Assembly: GCF_964204645.1 (NCBI RefSeq)
Contig: NC_134027.1
Coordinates: 27,366,560 to 27,430,559, forward strand
Reading direction: 5' to 3'
DNA: 64,000 bases
From: Tubulanus polymorphus
Taxonomy: Eukaryota > Animalia > Nemertea
The notes below the pieces were generated by a model, which ran no database searches, had not been told where the DNA came from, and worked only from the letters and a program-made list of their open reading frames with translations. Shown piece after piece: positions 12,184-35,299 of the stretch (positions are counted from its first letter, which is position 1; the number at the start of each line of letters is the position of its first letter). The position numbers and the translations under genes are program-made.

Positions 12184-14780
12184 TGTCACCAGAACTGCAG
12201 CAGCACCGGCAGCAGACAGCAGACCAGTCAGACAGACAGACGGACAGCACGCGTTTATCCACTCTCAAACACGCGAACGACGGTTAATTCTAAATTACAT
12301 CAATATCAACTTCAAATCGAACTCATCGGCGAATTATGTACATAATTCTACAATTTATTGAATATTTTGTAGATTTTGTTTCGATCTGTGAGATATCTGT
12401 GTTCAGATCGCGATGACACAGACTCGAGTGATCACCAGCCAATGATACTACTCACGTCATTCGCTACCATTTTGTGTAAAAACATATTATGCCGATTTCA
12501 GCCGGTAGATGGCGAATTAATCGAATAACCCTGACGAATTTCTACGGGGTATGTATTGTGCCCCTCGTTATAGCTACTTATGTTGCCTTTGTTGATCTAA
12601 TTAAACAAATCAATTTTTGTGTAATTTTATGTTGTCCCTTTAATACCTCTCTCAGATGATGAAATAAAAAAGCGATTTATTATAAATTCATAGAAATGTA
12701 GTCAAACTTCACAAATATATTTTCCCTTTGTTTGACAGAAATCAAGAACTTTTATAAATGATAATATTATATTATATTATATTATATATACGGCTTTGCC
12801 TCAGTGGACGTAACGTCAGACAAAGTTTCTAGTTATGAAACTCCGCCCCGAAAGGTTACTCCGTATTCGAATTACGACCTTCCAACCCATGATAAATTCA
12901 TAAACAACACCGAATTGGCAGCAGGATCATCTTGTGTGTTATGTGTCACTTGTTCGGGTTTGTTCGGGTTTTATAGAAAAAAACAGTCCCCAAAGTCGTC
13001 GGTTATTATATAAAGGTTTACAGTAAAAAGCGGGTCAAATTACGAGTTAAAGTAACACGAATAGCCGGCTACTGTTCATGGATTACAATTTACCCAAGGA
13101 AGATACCTTATTTCAGTCACACGTGGGGACTGTATGACAATATACAGCAATCATCGGGGACGTTTTATCATTATCATCATAAAAACCTACTTAGAGGCAA
13201 CTTTAAGCAAATGGGTTGGTTCTGTTAGTTATTTGGGTGCGCGACTCAAACACTGATGACTTATTTTTGTAGATTCGATTCTTCAAACGTTATTTCTGCG
13301 ACTAAAGAGACTTCGAACAAAATAGAGTACATTAACGATAAAACCATCAGGGATTTATGATAACTGGAGACGCGAGCGCCGGTTGCGCTACCATTATCTA
13401 TCTCTATATGGGATTTTAAATAAAAACATTGTTAACGGTTTTTTTAAGACCGCGCGCGCTGAATTCATTCGCGTATTGAAAGCGAATTAAAAACTGTTTA
13501 CACAATAAAATACGATTTTTCTTTAATATCAAACTCTTTATTTTTGTATTCAAAGGAAAGGGTTTTGAAAGTTTTTGAAAATTCGGTACAACTCAAAGTT
13601 TGAATATAGTTTAAAAATGGACCCAACATTTTGTGCATATTTTCTGGTGTGTGGACCGCATGATAAGCGTGCTGGAGGTCTCGGGTTAGAGTAATGCGAT
13701 ATAGGTTTACTTTCTTGCCTACCACTTATTGATGCACGTAGAACTGCCCTGTGCTGCGCTGCCGCTGCTGTTGCCGCTGCTGTCGCTGCTGCTGCCGCTG
13801 CTGCGTTGCTGGTGGTGCTGGTCATTTTGTGGTGAAGTACATTCTTGCTAAGGAACTACAGTAGAATCTCTTATTTTCAGTAGCAATCCAGTACAGAGTA
13901 CTACTATTATTGATATTGTTTCGTGGGAATCGTTTCTGTAAAGACGCGCCGAGTTTGAACTGTAGTTTATAGTCGTTTGAATTTCTTTCGTTTGAATAAA
14001 ACAAAAAATACATAAAAAGGATCCTCTTAATGTATTTTTGATAAAACCTATATAGTGCTGATTTATTGGTCCACTGTTATTCCGGGCGCCCGGTGCGCAA
14101 AACGATTAAAGCTATTCTGCGATCATTTCATCGCTGAATCTTAAATCTAAAATAGACTGACCCGGGTAATAAATATTTGGTGGTGTAAATTCCCATGACT
14201 CATGATCAGGTCTAGTAAATTGTTGTTTATGGAAGATACGAAGATTTTATCAAACAATAAAAGTTTGTAATACACACGATCGGAGCATCTGAACGCGACC
14301 AGATCCAGTTCTACGTGGAACACCTCATCACTGGTCTCATCTGGACGTACGCGGTTTATAACACTAGTGGAACTCTCTCCAGAGATTCGATCGACCATTT
14401 CTTCCTGAATTCTGACTATGTTTAACTGGTCCCTCGGGAAAATACGGCAGGTGTGTAGTGTCCCCAATATGATTCGTTTCAAATTAAATGCTCTGATCAT
14501 TTCTTCCCACAAAGACGGGATATTTCGAACATTTTAGAGCCGGCTGACGAGTCACGTCTCAGAGCTGCAAAATCGGCTGCTTCTTTATAGTCAGTTACTG
14601 AAATGTTTGGATTTTTTCGAAAATTATAACAGAAAATAACGAATTTCAAAGTTGATTACCCTGAATTTTTACGCGTGCGCCACAGGTTTTTATATCACCC
14701 TCATTTCGCATTGTTACGAATTTGAGAAATGAATTTTAGATGGAAACTAGAGTTTCACAAGGTTTAAATGTTGCTAAAAC

Positions 14781-14926
14781 TGTCAAAATCCACGACCCCG
14801 GAGCATCCGCCCCCGGCAGGAATTCGAACCTGATGGCATCGAGATTGTCACGGTAAGGTTCGTGCCGCGGCTGAGTGTAGAATTCGAATCCCTACCGGGG
14901 AGGTTGGGTCCGGGGACATTATGACA
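14781..14926. mobile_element. MITE-like element with long imperfect terminal inverted repeats
   Basis: Left end tgtca...ccccggagcatccgcccccggcaggaattcgaa matches the reverse complement of the right end, tgtca...ccccggacccaacctccccggtagggattcgaa. Confidence 0.6.
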
Positions 14927-15605
14927 AAAAACGCATCGCAAATAGTTTTTAAAAAGAAAAAAAAAATCACCCAACAATACAGGACAAAAGGGTCCCGAAC
15001 AAAATGGCAGCTATCAACTGTAAAATGTTTAGTGGTGTTTATAGAATAGGATGCCTTATATTTGCCCGCATTCAGGTTTGGTGTGCTTTCAAAAATAGTG
15101 TTGCTTCCTCCACTTGTGGTAAGTGAGGGTGCATCTGAGCGATGAGGAAATGTGACCGAGACGATTTGAAATGCGACAGGTGAGGGAATGTGGTCGGTAG
15201 TTGGTTAGACTGGTCGTCTGTCCAATTCTGCGCCACCTGCAATCGCAGTGGGTCAGGCAGAGACCGGCAACCAGTCTAGTAGTTGGTTAGACTGGTTGCG
15301 GGTTCGAAGGGCAACCAGTCCAGTAGTTGGTTCAAACTGTGGCAGGTGAAGGGATGGTATGCCAGTAGGTTCGAACCCCGGTACACCCAGTTCCTCCATT
15401 ATTTCCAGGATCATAATATGTATCGTACGTTCCTCATCGAGGTTCAAATCCTCGAATATCCACTAATCACGAGAAAACAACAAAGATTGATTTTTTCATT
15501 GACCACTTTTTATTGTTTGATAATGTTTTTCACGCGAGATACTGAATTCATCTATATTCTACACAAAACAAAACAAAAATTACAACAACAATTATAACAA
15601 TAATC

Positions 15606-15780
15606 AGAGTTAAATACAACCCACAATAATGAGTTAAATACAACCCACAATAGTGAGTTCAATACAACCCACAATAGTGAGTTCAATACAACCCACAATA
15701 GTGAGTTCAATACAACCCACAATAGTGAGTTCAATACAACCCACAATAGTGAGTTCAATACAACCCACAATAGTGAGTTC
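15606..15780. repeat. 24-bp minisatellite, ~7 copies, downstream of the SMPD3-like stop codon
   Basis: Unit gagttcaatacaacccacaatagt. Confidence 0.95.
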
Positions 15781-15896
15781 TTAGGTTAAAGTATAATATG
15801 TGCTTAAATACATTGAGAATTTTTGTTCAAGATTATGAAAAGACTTGTAAGGAACTGGAGTGGATGATTTAATTAAGAGTTTTTGAAGTGCTTTAG

Positions 15897-16160
15897 CAGG
15901 GCGGCCACTTCTATTTGACTTGTTTCTCGTCTAGCTTTTCCCTGACTATTCCCTGACATGCACGTTGTTTTCCCTGACTCATTGATCTGCTCATAATCCA
16001 ATCATAGTCAAATATCAAAGACATAGATGAAAATTGTTTGATTTTATGCACGATCCAGCAATATAAACACCTTCCCCTGACTTATCCCTGATATTTAGCT
16101 TTTTTTACAAAATTCCCTGACTTTTCCGCGATTTCCTGGTACCGGTAAGTGGCCACCCTG
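15897..16160. mobile_element. Non-autonomous DNA transposon with CAGGG(T/C)GGCCAC termini and subterminal ttccctga motifs
   Basis: cagggcggccactt ... aagtggccaccctg, with many ttccctga(c) motifs inside. Relatives lie at ~25275-25340 and ~48136-48532. No clear TSD. Confidence 0.7.
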
Positions 16161-16357
16161 TATTTTTATTTTTAGAGGTTTGAACGGATACAAAATCAAA
16201 ACAAATCTACCATCTACCTAAACATACAAAACAAATCTACACCTGAACATACAAACCAGCATTCAAATGATATGTGAAGCATGAAAATAAACAAACATAC
16301 ATTAACACGAATGAATAATTGATGAAAGAATGATTTGATTCATGATTTAGATTTACC

Positions 16358-16653
16358 TCATTTTTCTCTTACAGTCAGAGATACAGACATGTGATCAGTC
16401 CATTGACAAAGCTGAGTTACAACATTGTACGCAGTGGCTTCCTGAAATTAGAAACCATAACATGACAACTTCAAAACTATGAAAATATTCACCATCAAAC
16501 TCGCTTTAAGTCGTCATCGGATCACTATTCTTGAGTCATAATTTGTATTTCTTATTCAAATTACAAAGTGTAAGTCATCACTTTGATAAGTCATCAACAT
16601 AAAGTTCCTGTGATGAACAACTGATGTTATATGTTAAGTTAATTATTCTGACT

Positions 16654-16732
<79 letters not shown>

Positions 16733-19695
16733 GTTTCACTCTATTCATAGATAAATAAACGTGTGAAAGCAAATATATTTTACCAGATTCAGAGAATTGT
16801 TGAATAAAACATAATCGACTCTACGTTTTCCGCCGGTTGTTTTCGGGATCACTTCACCATTCGAGTCTAAACTCGTGTTCTCAAATCCCATTTGTAAATT
16901 CTGATCAATAATATCGGCATCCAATAAATAATACTGTCTTTTGATCGGATCATCGAGAACTTGTTTCATTTTCTCAGGAGTTTTAATTTCATCATTCCAT
17001 AATAAATGTAATCTCCTCTCGGTTCCTACAAATAGATTCAGTTTGAATTGACTATACCCCTTCAGATGTTTAAAGATGGGTAAAGTGTGAGCAATCAGAA
17101 ATTAGAAGAATGGTGATAGAAACATGTCTAATGTCTCGTGTTTGTAGTTGATTTCATTCAAAAATGTCACAGGTGAAGTCCTCGATACATGTGAAGTGTG
17201 GATGATCAGTTTATGAAAGTTTGCTGATAAAATGTCTAATGTCTCGTGTTTGTAGTTCATTTTCAATTGAAAATGTCTCTGGTGAAGCAATGAATACATG
17301 TGAAGTGTGGATGATCAGTTTATGAAAGTTTGCTGATAAAATGTCTAATGTCTGGTGTTTGTAGTTGATTTCATTTAAAAATGTCACAGGTGATGTCATC
17401 AATACATGTGAAGTGTGGATGATCAGTTTATGAAAGTTTGCTGATAAAATGTCTAATGTCTCCTGTTTGTAGTTGATTTCATTTAAAAATGTCACAGGTG
17501 ATGTCATCAATACATGTGAAGTGTGGATGATCAGTTTATGAAAGTGAGCTGATAAAATGTCTTATGTCTGGTGTTTGTAATTCATTTTCAATTAAAAATG
17601 TCTCAGGTGAAGTACTGAACACATGTGAAATAAGGGTGGACGATCAGTTTTTGAAAGTGAGCTGATAAAATGTCTTATGTCTGGTGTTTGTAATTCATTT
17701 TCAATTAAAAATGTCACAGGTGAAGTCCTGAACACATGTGAAGTGTGGACGATCAGTTTATGAAAGTGTGCTGATAAAACGTCTAATATCTGGTGTTTGT
17801 AGTTCATTTTCAATTGAAAATGTCTCTTGTGAAGTTCTGAACATGTGTGTCAAAAATTGGAATAATTTTGATATCGATATATCCAATGTCTGAAGAGGTG
17901 CAGGGTCTAAGAGAATGCAGTGTCTTCTCATATTTACCGACAGCCCAGTCATAATCTTGACCTGGTTTATATCGAGGCACATCCGTGAATTCATCAAATA
18001 ATGAATGATTAAAATCTGCTTCATCACCTGAAAATAATTAACAAATATCACTTTAATGATACGCTCAATCAATTATAATTAAACGATCAATTCAATATTT
18101 ATCAATTTTTACCTAATGAATAATTATCAAAGTTAAAATCTCCAGTAATGATATCAAACACTAATTTCTCATCATCACCGAGATTTCCCTGTTTAAAATC
18201 AGTAATCCATGTTTTCAAACTATTTAATTGTTTCTGATGAATCGGGTCTGTCCCTAAAAATACAACATAAATCAGCTAAATATTCAACCAAAATTAATGA
18301 AGACATCATCGCAGATATTTGAGTTTTACCTTGGTAAGATTGAAGATGAGTTGTAGCTATGAAACCTACACTATTTTGCCCCAATTCATTTTCACCAACG
18401 AGAACCTGAATAAATGAACTCAAATTATTACCAGCTCTAGTTCTATTAGTTCTAGACCCAGCTCTACAGTTCGAGACCAGGACAGTGCAGAATCAGGAAT
18501 GATATTTGTCCAAGTAAACCCACACAATTCTAGAACTGGATCCAGTGTTGAATTAAACCCACACAGCTGTGGAACTGGGTCCAGAGTTGAATCAAACTCA
18601 CACAACTGTGGAACTGGGTCCAGAGTGGAATCAAACTCACACAACTGTGGAACTGGATCCATTGTTGAATTAAACCCACACAGCTGTGGAACTGGGTCCA
18701 GAGTCAAATCAAACTCACAAAACTGTGGAACTGGGTCCAGAGTCTAATAAAACCCAGACAACTGTGGAACTGGGTCCAGAGTCAAATCAAACTCACACAA
18801 CTGTGGAACTGGGTCCAGAGTGGAATCAAACTCACACAAATGTGGAACTAACCTTGCACATTAAAACTCCTTTAGATGCGAATCTACAAGCAAATATCTT
18901 ATCGGGAAAACAACGAAATTGTGCACGAATGATTGGAAATCGACTAGCAATACACAATCCACTGTTCAACATAAACATATTGTCTTTAAAACTATCAAGA
19001 CGAGCGTCATATAAAATATACGGGAATTCACGTTTCAGATTATTTACTAAAATTCCTGTACATCTTCTATCTAACACTTCCTGTAAACATAGAACATCTA
19101 AAACTGGAAAATTAACGGCATTTCCAAAATTAGACCGCTTAACATTTGCACCATTCCCGATCCGACTACCATTCTTTGTTCCATTCTCGATGAATCGATG
19201 TTGATTTAAAGCTCTTCTCTGATTCGCTACGATACTTTCACTTATTTTCTTGGCGCGTGAAATATTATCACTGAAATTATTACAACGTGATAAACATTCA
19301 GGCATCAGACACACATTGGCCGTAGCAAAGCTCCATTGTGACTGGGACTCGCGCCTCCTCCGGGTAGACGGCCCAGTCTCCTGACGGGCACTCTCAGGCG
19401 ATATATACAGAAACGGTTGACGATAAAATTGAATTCCGTTCCATAATACGAATCCGTAAACTCCAAACGGCAGAGTAGAAATAATTCCAGTCATATAAAC
19501 GACTGACAGAATGAGTCCGGTGACAATCGTCGATAACGGATTCAATTTCGTTTCTAAAGTCGTCGGAATAAAACACGATAGGAATTGATTAATGAACCAA
19601 TAAGTCGGATACATACAAATATACGCAGCATCGTGAACTACCAGCAGATATAAACACGGATAAATCGCCGCAGAATGAGCCGCAGAATTTAACAT
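16358..19695 (-). CDS. SMPD3: Neutral sphingomyelinase 2-like (SMPD3/SMPD5 family), 6 coding exons
   Basis: Exons 19695-18853, 18405-18330, 18253-18113, 18027-17938, 17025-16784 and 16441-16358 are all GT-AG and in phase. Motifs: N-terminal hydrophobic segments, ANVCLMPE, DVLCLQEV, LNSGLCIASRFPI, ASKGVL, THLQ, GDFNFDN, GKRRVDY and the C-terminal TDH catalytic motif. Confidence 0.9.
16653..16730. repeat. (GCA)n microsatellite, intronic
   Basis: Uninterrupted gca run in the last SMPD3-like intron. Confidence 0.95.
17052..17907. mobile_element. TIR-bounded element carrying ~6.5 tandem copies of a 108-109-bp satellite unit
   Basis: Termini ctataccccttcaga / tctgaagaggtgcag. The internal unit ...aatgtctaatgtctggtgtttgtagttcattttcaatt...acatgtgaagtgtggacgatcag... 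recurs at 17231, 17340, 17448 and 17556. Confidence 0.8.
18515..18849. repeat. 39-bp minisatellite built from a MITE terminus (ctgtggaactgggtcc), ~8 copies
   Basis: Unit ctgtggaactgggtccagagtggaatcaaactcacacaa, abutting the donor of SMPD3-like intron 1. Confidence 0.9.
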
Positions 19696-20658
19696 CGTTC
19701 AATTTAATTTCATTTATTTTAATTTATCGAAAGAAATTGTTGAAAGCGGATGTAGTTTTTTTGTTAAAGTTTATAGGTTCGAACCCCACAATAATTTAAT
19801 TTTGAGCACGTGGTATAGATAGAAAAGAACATAATCGGATGGAATAGGACTATGGATAACGATTTTGATACGAAAAAGGATAGAAAAACTTTAGTTTTGT
19901 CCTGGAAAGAGGGTTGGGTCAATGTACGACTCAAGGACTGAATAGAGGTCGCCTCCGATATGATGGCTGCATGACGGTCGTTTTACCTGTGATGTCTGAA
20001 TGAGGGTGGCCTCCGACTCAAGCTTTCACTAACCGGGAGTTAGTACCGGGAGTTAAAGAATTCATTGATAACGTAATTTATGATATCGTACCAAACAAAT
20101 TGAATCATTATCAATTTTTCCATATGCGCTAATTAAATCCTCGTTGTTTTGACTTGTTCGCTATCATTATTGTAATTCATTACGGCGACTGAAAATCGTG
20201 AATAAAATATAATCTCATTAGTGAATTTGATTAGAATCGAGCAAAAATTATTGATATAATTTGTTTGTTTACGACGCCTCTGAGAGGGACGCCAGGAATA
20301 ATTAATTAGCTCCACACAGTGTGAAAGTCTCTGGCTATTGACCATATTTGGATATTTCGTTCCCACGAACTATATCATTTCGTTCCTACGAAAAACTTGT
20401 TTTGAATATGATTTTTTATGAAATGTATGAATTACAAAATGCCTCCGACCACCGATGTCCGCAGCTGTCCCATTGCTCTACGATCCTAAGTTACTGGCCA
20501 CATCTGTGGCTAACACTGAGGTTCTCGGTGAAACCAAAGTTTGAAACGTCATGTCCATTTAATCTTTTAATTTTTGACGTAACTCTGCGGTATTTCTGAA
20601 TAGTACAATCGCGTTATATCTGCGATTCTATGTAAAAGATTCTACCTACAATGCGACA

Positions 20659-20992
20659 CCAGGTCAACACTAGGGTTACTACGTGTATTGACCAGGCCAA
20701 CACTAGGGTAAACTACGTTTATTCACCAGGCTAATACTAGGGTAACTACGTTTATCAAACAGGCCAGCACTAGGGTTTCTGCGTTTATTAAACAGGCCAA
20801 CACTAGGGTTACTGCGTTTATTCACCAGACCAACACTAGGGTAACTACGTTTACTAAACAGGCCAACACTAGGGTAACTACATTTATTTACTAAACAGGC
20901 CAACACTAGGGTTACTACGTTTATTCACCAGGCCAACACTAGGTTTACTACGTTTATTAAACAGGCCAACGCTAGGGTTACTGCGTTTATTG
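20659..20992. repeat. 33-bp minisatellite containing tagggtta, ~10 copies
   Basis: Unit ggccaacactagggttactacgtttattcacca with variants. Confidence 0.9.
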
Positions 20993-21301
20993 AACATTCT
21001 CTTTTTTGAACAATAATTTTGTATTTTAATTTGTGCCGGGTTATGAAGAATATTTCATTCAACTGTATTTAGATGATGCTCCTCGGTGTACGTTAGTAGT
21101 ATAGTCGGTAGTCTGTGCACTTCAGCGAAATAAACTCAATTGATTGTTTTAAAGGTTTTATGAATAAATCAGACAAAATAAATGCTTTTACACTGATACG
21201 CGGCGGCGGGTTGTTATTGACTAGTGATTCGAGCGAGCTGATAGACGGGGCTGGTGCTGATCGGTCGTCACACCCCCAATTCAAACAGAACATTATCCAT
21301 A

Positions 21302-23774
21302 ATGTCTCAGAAATTAGTTACAATTTGGATGATTTTCTTCAACGTATTTTCGATAAACGCTGAATATAATTTTGTAAGCGTTCTCGTCGCGGGGGGTCAA
21401 ACAGCGTATAAGAATTTACCCGGTGTAAAATCGAGGATACATTGCGCGTTCTGGTGTTCACAGGAAGATAATTGTACAGGAATTCAATTCGAATCGAGTT
21501 ATTGTAGACTTTATACGTCGTTAGACTTGAATAAGACTCATTCACATTCAGAGGAGGCGATCTACTTGAAATCACGAGGTAAAAACATGGTTTAGGTGTT
21601 TTAAACCCAGCAACCGCTTACAGTACAAGTGTTATGCCGCGTTAGGCGGTGGTAGTGGTTTTTCTGGGGTATATATATTTTCAATCTGACGCTAAAATAT
21701 TTTTCGTTTTAGAAATAAAAGGTTGTTTACATGTTTTAAAGGCTGGTTTAAATCACGGATCTTGCTTGCTTTATTCTGCTTTATGTAAACACGTCTTCAG
21801 CAACTCTGGTGATTTTATTGATAGACGATTGAGTAGATTTCAAAAATATCACACATTTAACATATGAGTTATGTTTCTAAGTGTTTTTTTTTATTTCAGT
21901 CACGTGTCCTGACGGTTATTTTCAAATTGTCGACTCATGTTATAAGATGATACTAGCGAGCGAATCTACTGATGCTGCGCGTGACCGTTGTTCTGCTATG
22001 GGAGCTAAACTGGCAGAACCCGATACTGAATTAGCGGTGAACAGTTTAAAAACATATCTGAAACAGAATCACCCAAATGGTGAGTTTTGGTGGAGTGGGT
22101 GAGGGGGGGGGGGTGGCTGGGTGAGAGGGAAACTAGTTTAGGGAAGAGGGGCGCAGTGGTTCCGTGATGACCGGAACTAATCATTCCTTTTTTGGCCGCC
22201 ATTATCGAAATAAAAAAGCACTTCCGGTATGTTCATTACGAATAAGATCAACTTTTGAACAACTGACCCGAGACTGGTCCCGGACTGACCCCAAAACAGC
22301 TGCGGCCCCTCGCGTTCTGAGGATACTCACAAAATGACAATTTCATGTAACAGTGAAACTACTTGAGTTCTAGAGATTAAATAATCGGCAATATTTGATA
22401 ATTGAAATAATCCATCATTAGGAAAGTCGATGGAGAAATGTGGAAAGACATGTCGGCTCAACGGTCGGTATCTTATGGGTAAAAAACTGCTAAACTTAAT
22501 ACAACCTATTGACCACCGGTCACACCAAGTGGTGTGAGTTTGTAAGAGGATGTGTTTCTAGTTGACTCTGAGGAAATTAAATTCATATTAAAGTACAAAT
22601 GCTTCTACATTCAGTTATTACTGGGGGAGGAAGATACCACACATCCCTTAATGCCCATTGGGTACTTACCCCGGCCTTGTAAGACCTGGGTCCAGTTTCA
22701 AAAAAACGATGGACTGAATAGAAATGAAACCGATATGTGAAACTCGGCAGGCTGTAAATCGATATAATGTTTCGGGTGGCCTTATTCTAGGTCCGAATGC
22801 AGTAGCCCTATTGATGGTTATATTATTGTTTGTTATTGTGTATGTGTAAGTATTATATACATGAGCAAATACATGAGCAATCGGCTTTCAGTGCAGGAGA
22901 TTTTCAATAAAATTATTTTTTACAGTAATTACATTAATGATACGTAGAATATAGGGATATGTATTGATGGCACTCAACGTACAGAATATAGCGCACTTGA
23001 TGGACGACAATCTAGAGTCTGATTGTTTTTTAAAACTACACGCAAATTTGAATTATTTATGTCAGTTTTAACCACGTGTGGTTGAAATACAACTAGCCAT
23101 CATAACAGCCTAGTTATAGAAGGTCATTAATAATTATGAGGAATATTCCGAAGGATGAAATGTGAGTCGCAATTTAAAGGCTATGGTAGCTGCTGTACGC
23201 GAAGATGTATGTTGATACATGGTGGATGTCCCTTGCTTAATTATCGGGACCCATTCCACGTGTAGTATTTGAATCTGGTCAAACACTTCGAAATGATACA
23301 CATGAATAAAAGCTTGTTGAGGCTCTGTTAATTAAGTACAAAATTGTATTCCAACACAATATTGTATAGATGTGTTCACTAAAACAAAATGCGACCAGAA
23401 AACTTACAAAGGGTAAAAATTACCATCAAACCTAACTGTTGACTCTACACTTTGAAAGTCAACATGGAATTCTAAATCAAGAATGTTTCTACTAACTCAA
23501 CCACTGTTGACCCGGGTTCACAAATTCATATTGCTTTTAAATGTTGATTTCAGAACGACCGATTTTTGGAGGTTGGGATAAACAGACGGATTCACCACGC
23601 GGACCCTGGGTTTGGATGAGTGATCACAGACCGATGACGTATTTTACTTGGGGTGGCGATAATCCTAGTTCCACATATGAAAGATGTTTACAGTTTTTGC
23701 CCTCGAATGAGAACAGTGCAATGAACGATATTCCGTGTTCAACGCCATTTTCTTATATTTGTGAAAAAGTTTAA
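21302..23774 (+). CDS. Secreted protein: signal peptide + PAN/apple-like domain + C-type lectin-like domain (225 aa, 3 exons)
   Basis: Exons 21302-21578, 21900-22079 and 23554-23774 with phase-1 introns. Signal MSQKLVTIWMIFFNVFSINA; PAN-type cysteines HCAFWCSQEDNCTGIQFESSYCRLY; CTLD CPDGYFQIVDSCY...AARDRCSAMGAKLA...WVW...CLQF...MNDIPC...YICE. Confidence 0.85.
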
Positions 23775-23801
23775 TTTACACTGTTATGTGAATACGTGTT
23801 G

Positions 23802-24070
23802 ATCTGCAGCCTGGGCCCTGTACCCCTTAGGCTGGACCCTGTATCTCTTCAAGCCTGGTCCCTGCATATATCATCACCGTTCTTCCAACTTGAGATCGTC
23901 CACACTTCACATGTGTTCAGTGAGATATTTCTAGTTGAAAATGAACTACAAACACCGGACATTAGACATTTTATCAGCACACTTTCAAAAACTAATCGTC
24001 CACACTTCACAAGTGTTCAGAAATGCGCGCGGTGATCTGTCTGAAGGGATACAGGTTGCAGGCTGCAGAT
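23802..24070. mobile_element. MITE with ~29-bp TIRs and ~1.3 copies of the 108-bp satellite unit, just after the lectin stop codon
   Basis: atctgcagcctgggccctgtaccccttag ... ctgaagggatacaggttgcaggctgcagat. The interior is the reverse complement of the unit in 17100-17850. Confidence 0.8.
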
Positions 24071-24913
24071 TGTGTTGTAACCAAGATGGAATTGTATATT
24101 CATAAATATTGTTGTGATATGAATTGTTATATATGTATATATATATAGTTGTTATCTGTTATTGGTGCACGTATTGTGTGTTCCAGAAAAATTTAGAAAA
24201 AATAAGTAAATGCCCGTAACTTAATATAAAAACTGACAGCACTGCGAACTGGTCGTGTTTATTATAGAATCGTTTATTTAGATGAATTTTTAATCAATTT
24301 CCAACGACTTTCAGCATCTAATTTTCTAAATGATGAGAAATGTAAAAAAACGTTATTTTATGAAAATAAAGATTTGTGTCGTTATTTGAAGATTCACAAT
24401 GTTAATACGCAATCTATTGGTGGATCTTATCTGTGAAAAGGCGCGAATTTATCTTGTCAAATCGGATTTGATTTTTCTAATCGTAATTTGCTAATCACGT
24501 GTTGCAATCTACTGGGTAATCAGATCTGCGCAACAGCATAAATTTAACGATTTGTTCAAATTCGCTGAAAAGAAATAATGCTCCTTTTATATTTGTATAC
24601 AGTGGTTTTAAACTTAAATATGTCTGAGTGCGGTTATTCTACCACCACGTGACCTCATGAATTGAGCCGAGAGTGACGTAATCCGTCACGAATCATGGTG
24701 ACGTCATCGTGGCTGGAACTTTCTGGTGACGTCACGTTCAATAAAATCCATAATCTCTTCCCTAAAAGCAAACCGTCCTCATTTCCCTCAAAGCCAAAAA
24801 CGCGACAAGTTTAAATTTCACATTTATTTACAAAATTTATTCAGAATATAAACATATGACACAATATGATACAATACACGAGATTTACATGATTTAAATG
24901 CAACTGATTTGAA

Positions 24914-34862
<9,949 letters not shown>

Positions 34863-35299
34863 TCCTGAGAAATACAGACACCAAAATTAAGAGACATGAA
34901 AAAGTGATTAGTTTATTTATCCTTGTAATATTTAATTGTAATTCATTCAGAAATAAAGAAGATGAAATGAAATGATGTTTCTGAATTTAACGGAGGCCCG
35001 CTGGGATTGGGAGGGCGAGATCATCAGATAAAATATAATTGTCATTATTCATTATTGCTACTTCTGTCTTAAGGGGCTGAGGCCGAGGGCAGGCTGGGTT
35101 GACGTCAGGTATAATTAACTATCATAAAAATTCACACATAAATAATTCAAATAATTCTTTGCCTGAGGAAGTAATCAGTGTTTTTGTGAGCGTTTAGTCT
35201 TTAGATCAATATAATTGATTGAATTGGTTTGGTAAAACGAGTTTTTGGCACGAGTTCAAAGAATAGAAATATATAAATAGAAACAAATTTATCTTTAAT

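Noticed and set aside
14147-14512. 121-aa minus-strand ORF, and a protein-looking plus-strand frame (DQIQFYVEHLITGLIW...)
   Set aside because: No recognisable motif, and no convincing start or splice sites linking it to a gene.
15180-15400. tRNA gene suggested by ggttcgaa motifs
   Set aside because: No cloverleaf or acceptor stem; degenerate ~40-bp repeats only.
16578-16772. Polyalanine/polyserine ORFs over (GCA)n tracts (also 58147-58455)
   Set aside because: Intronic microsatellites; the flanking exons splice around them in frame.
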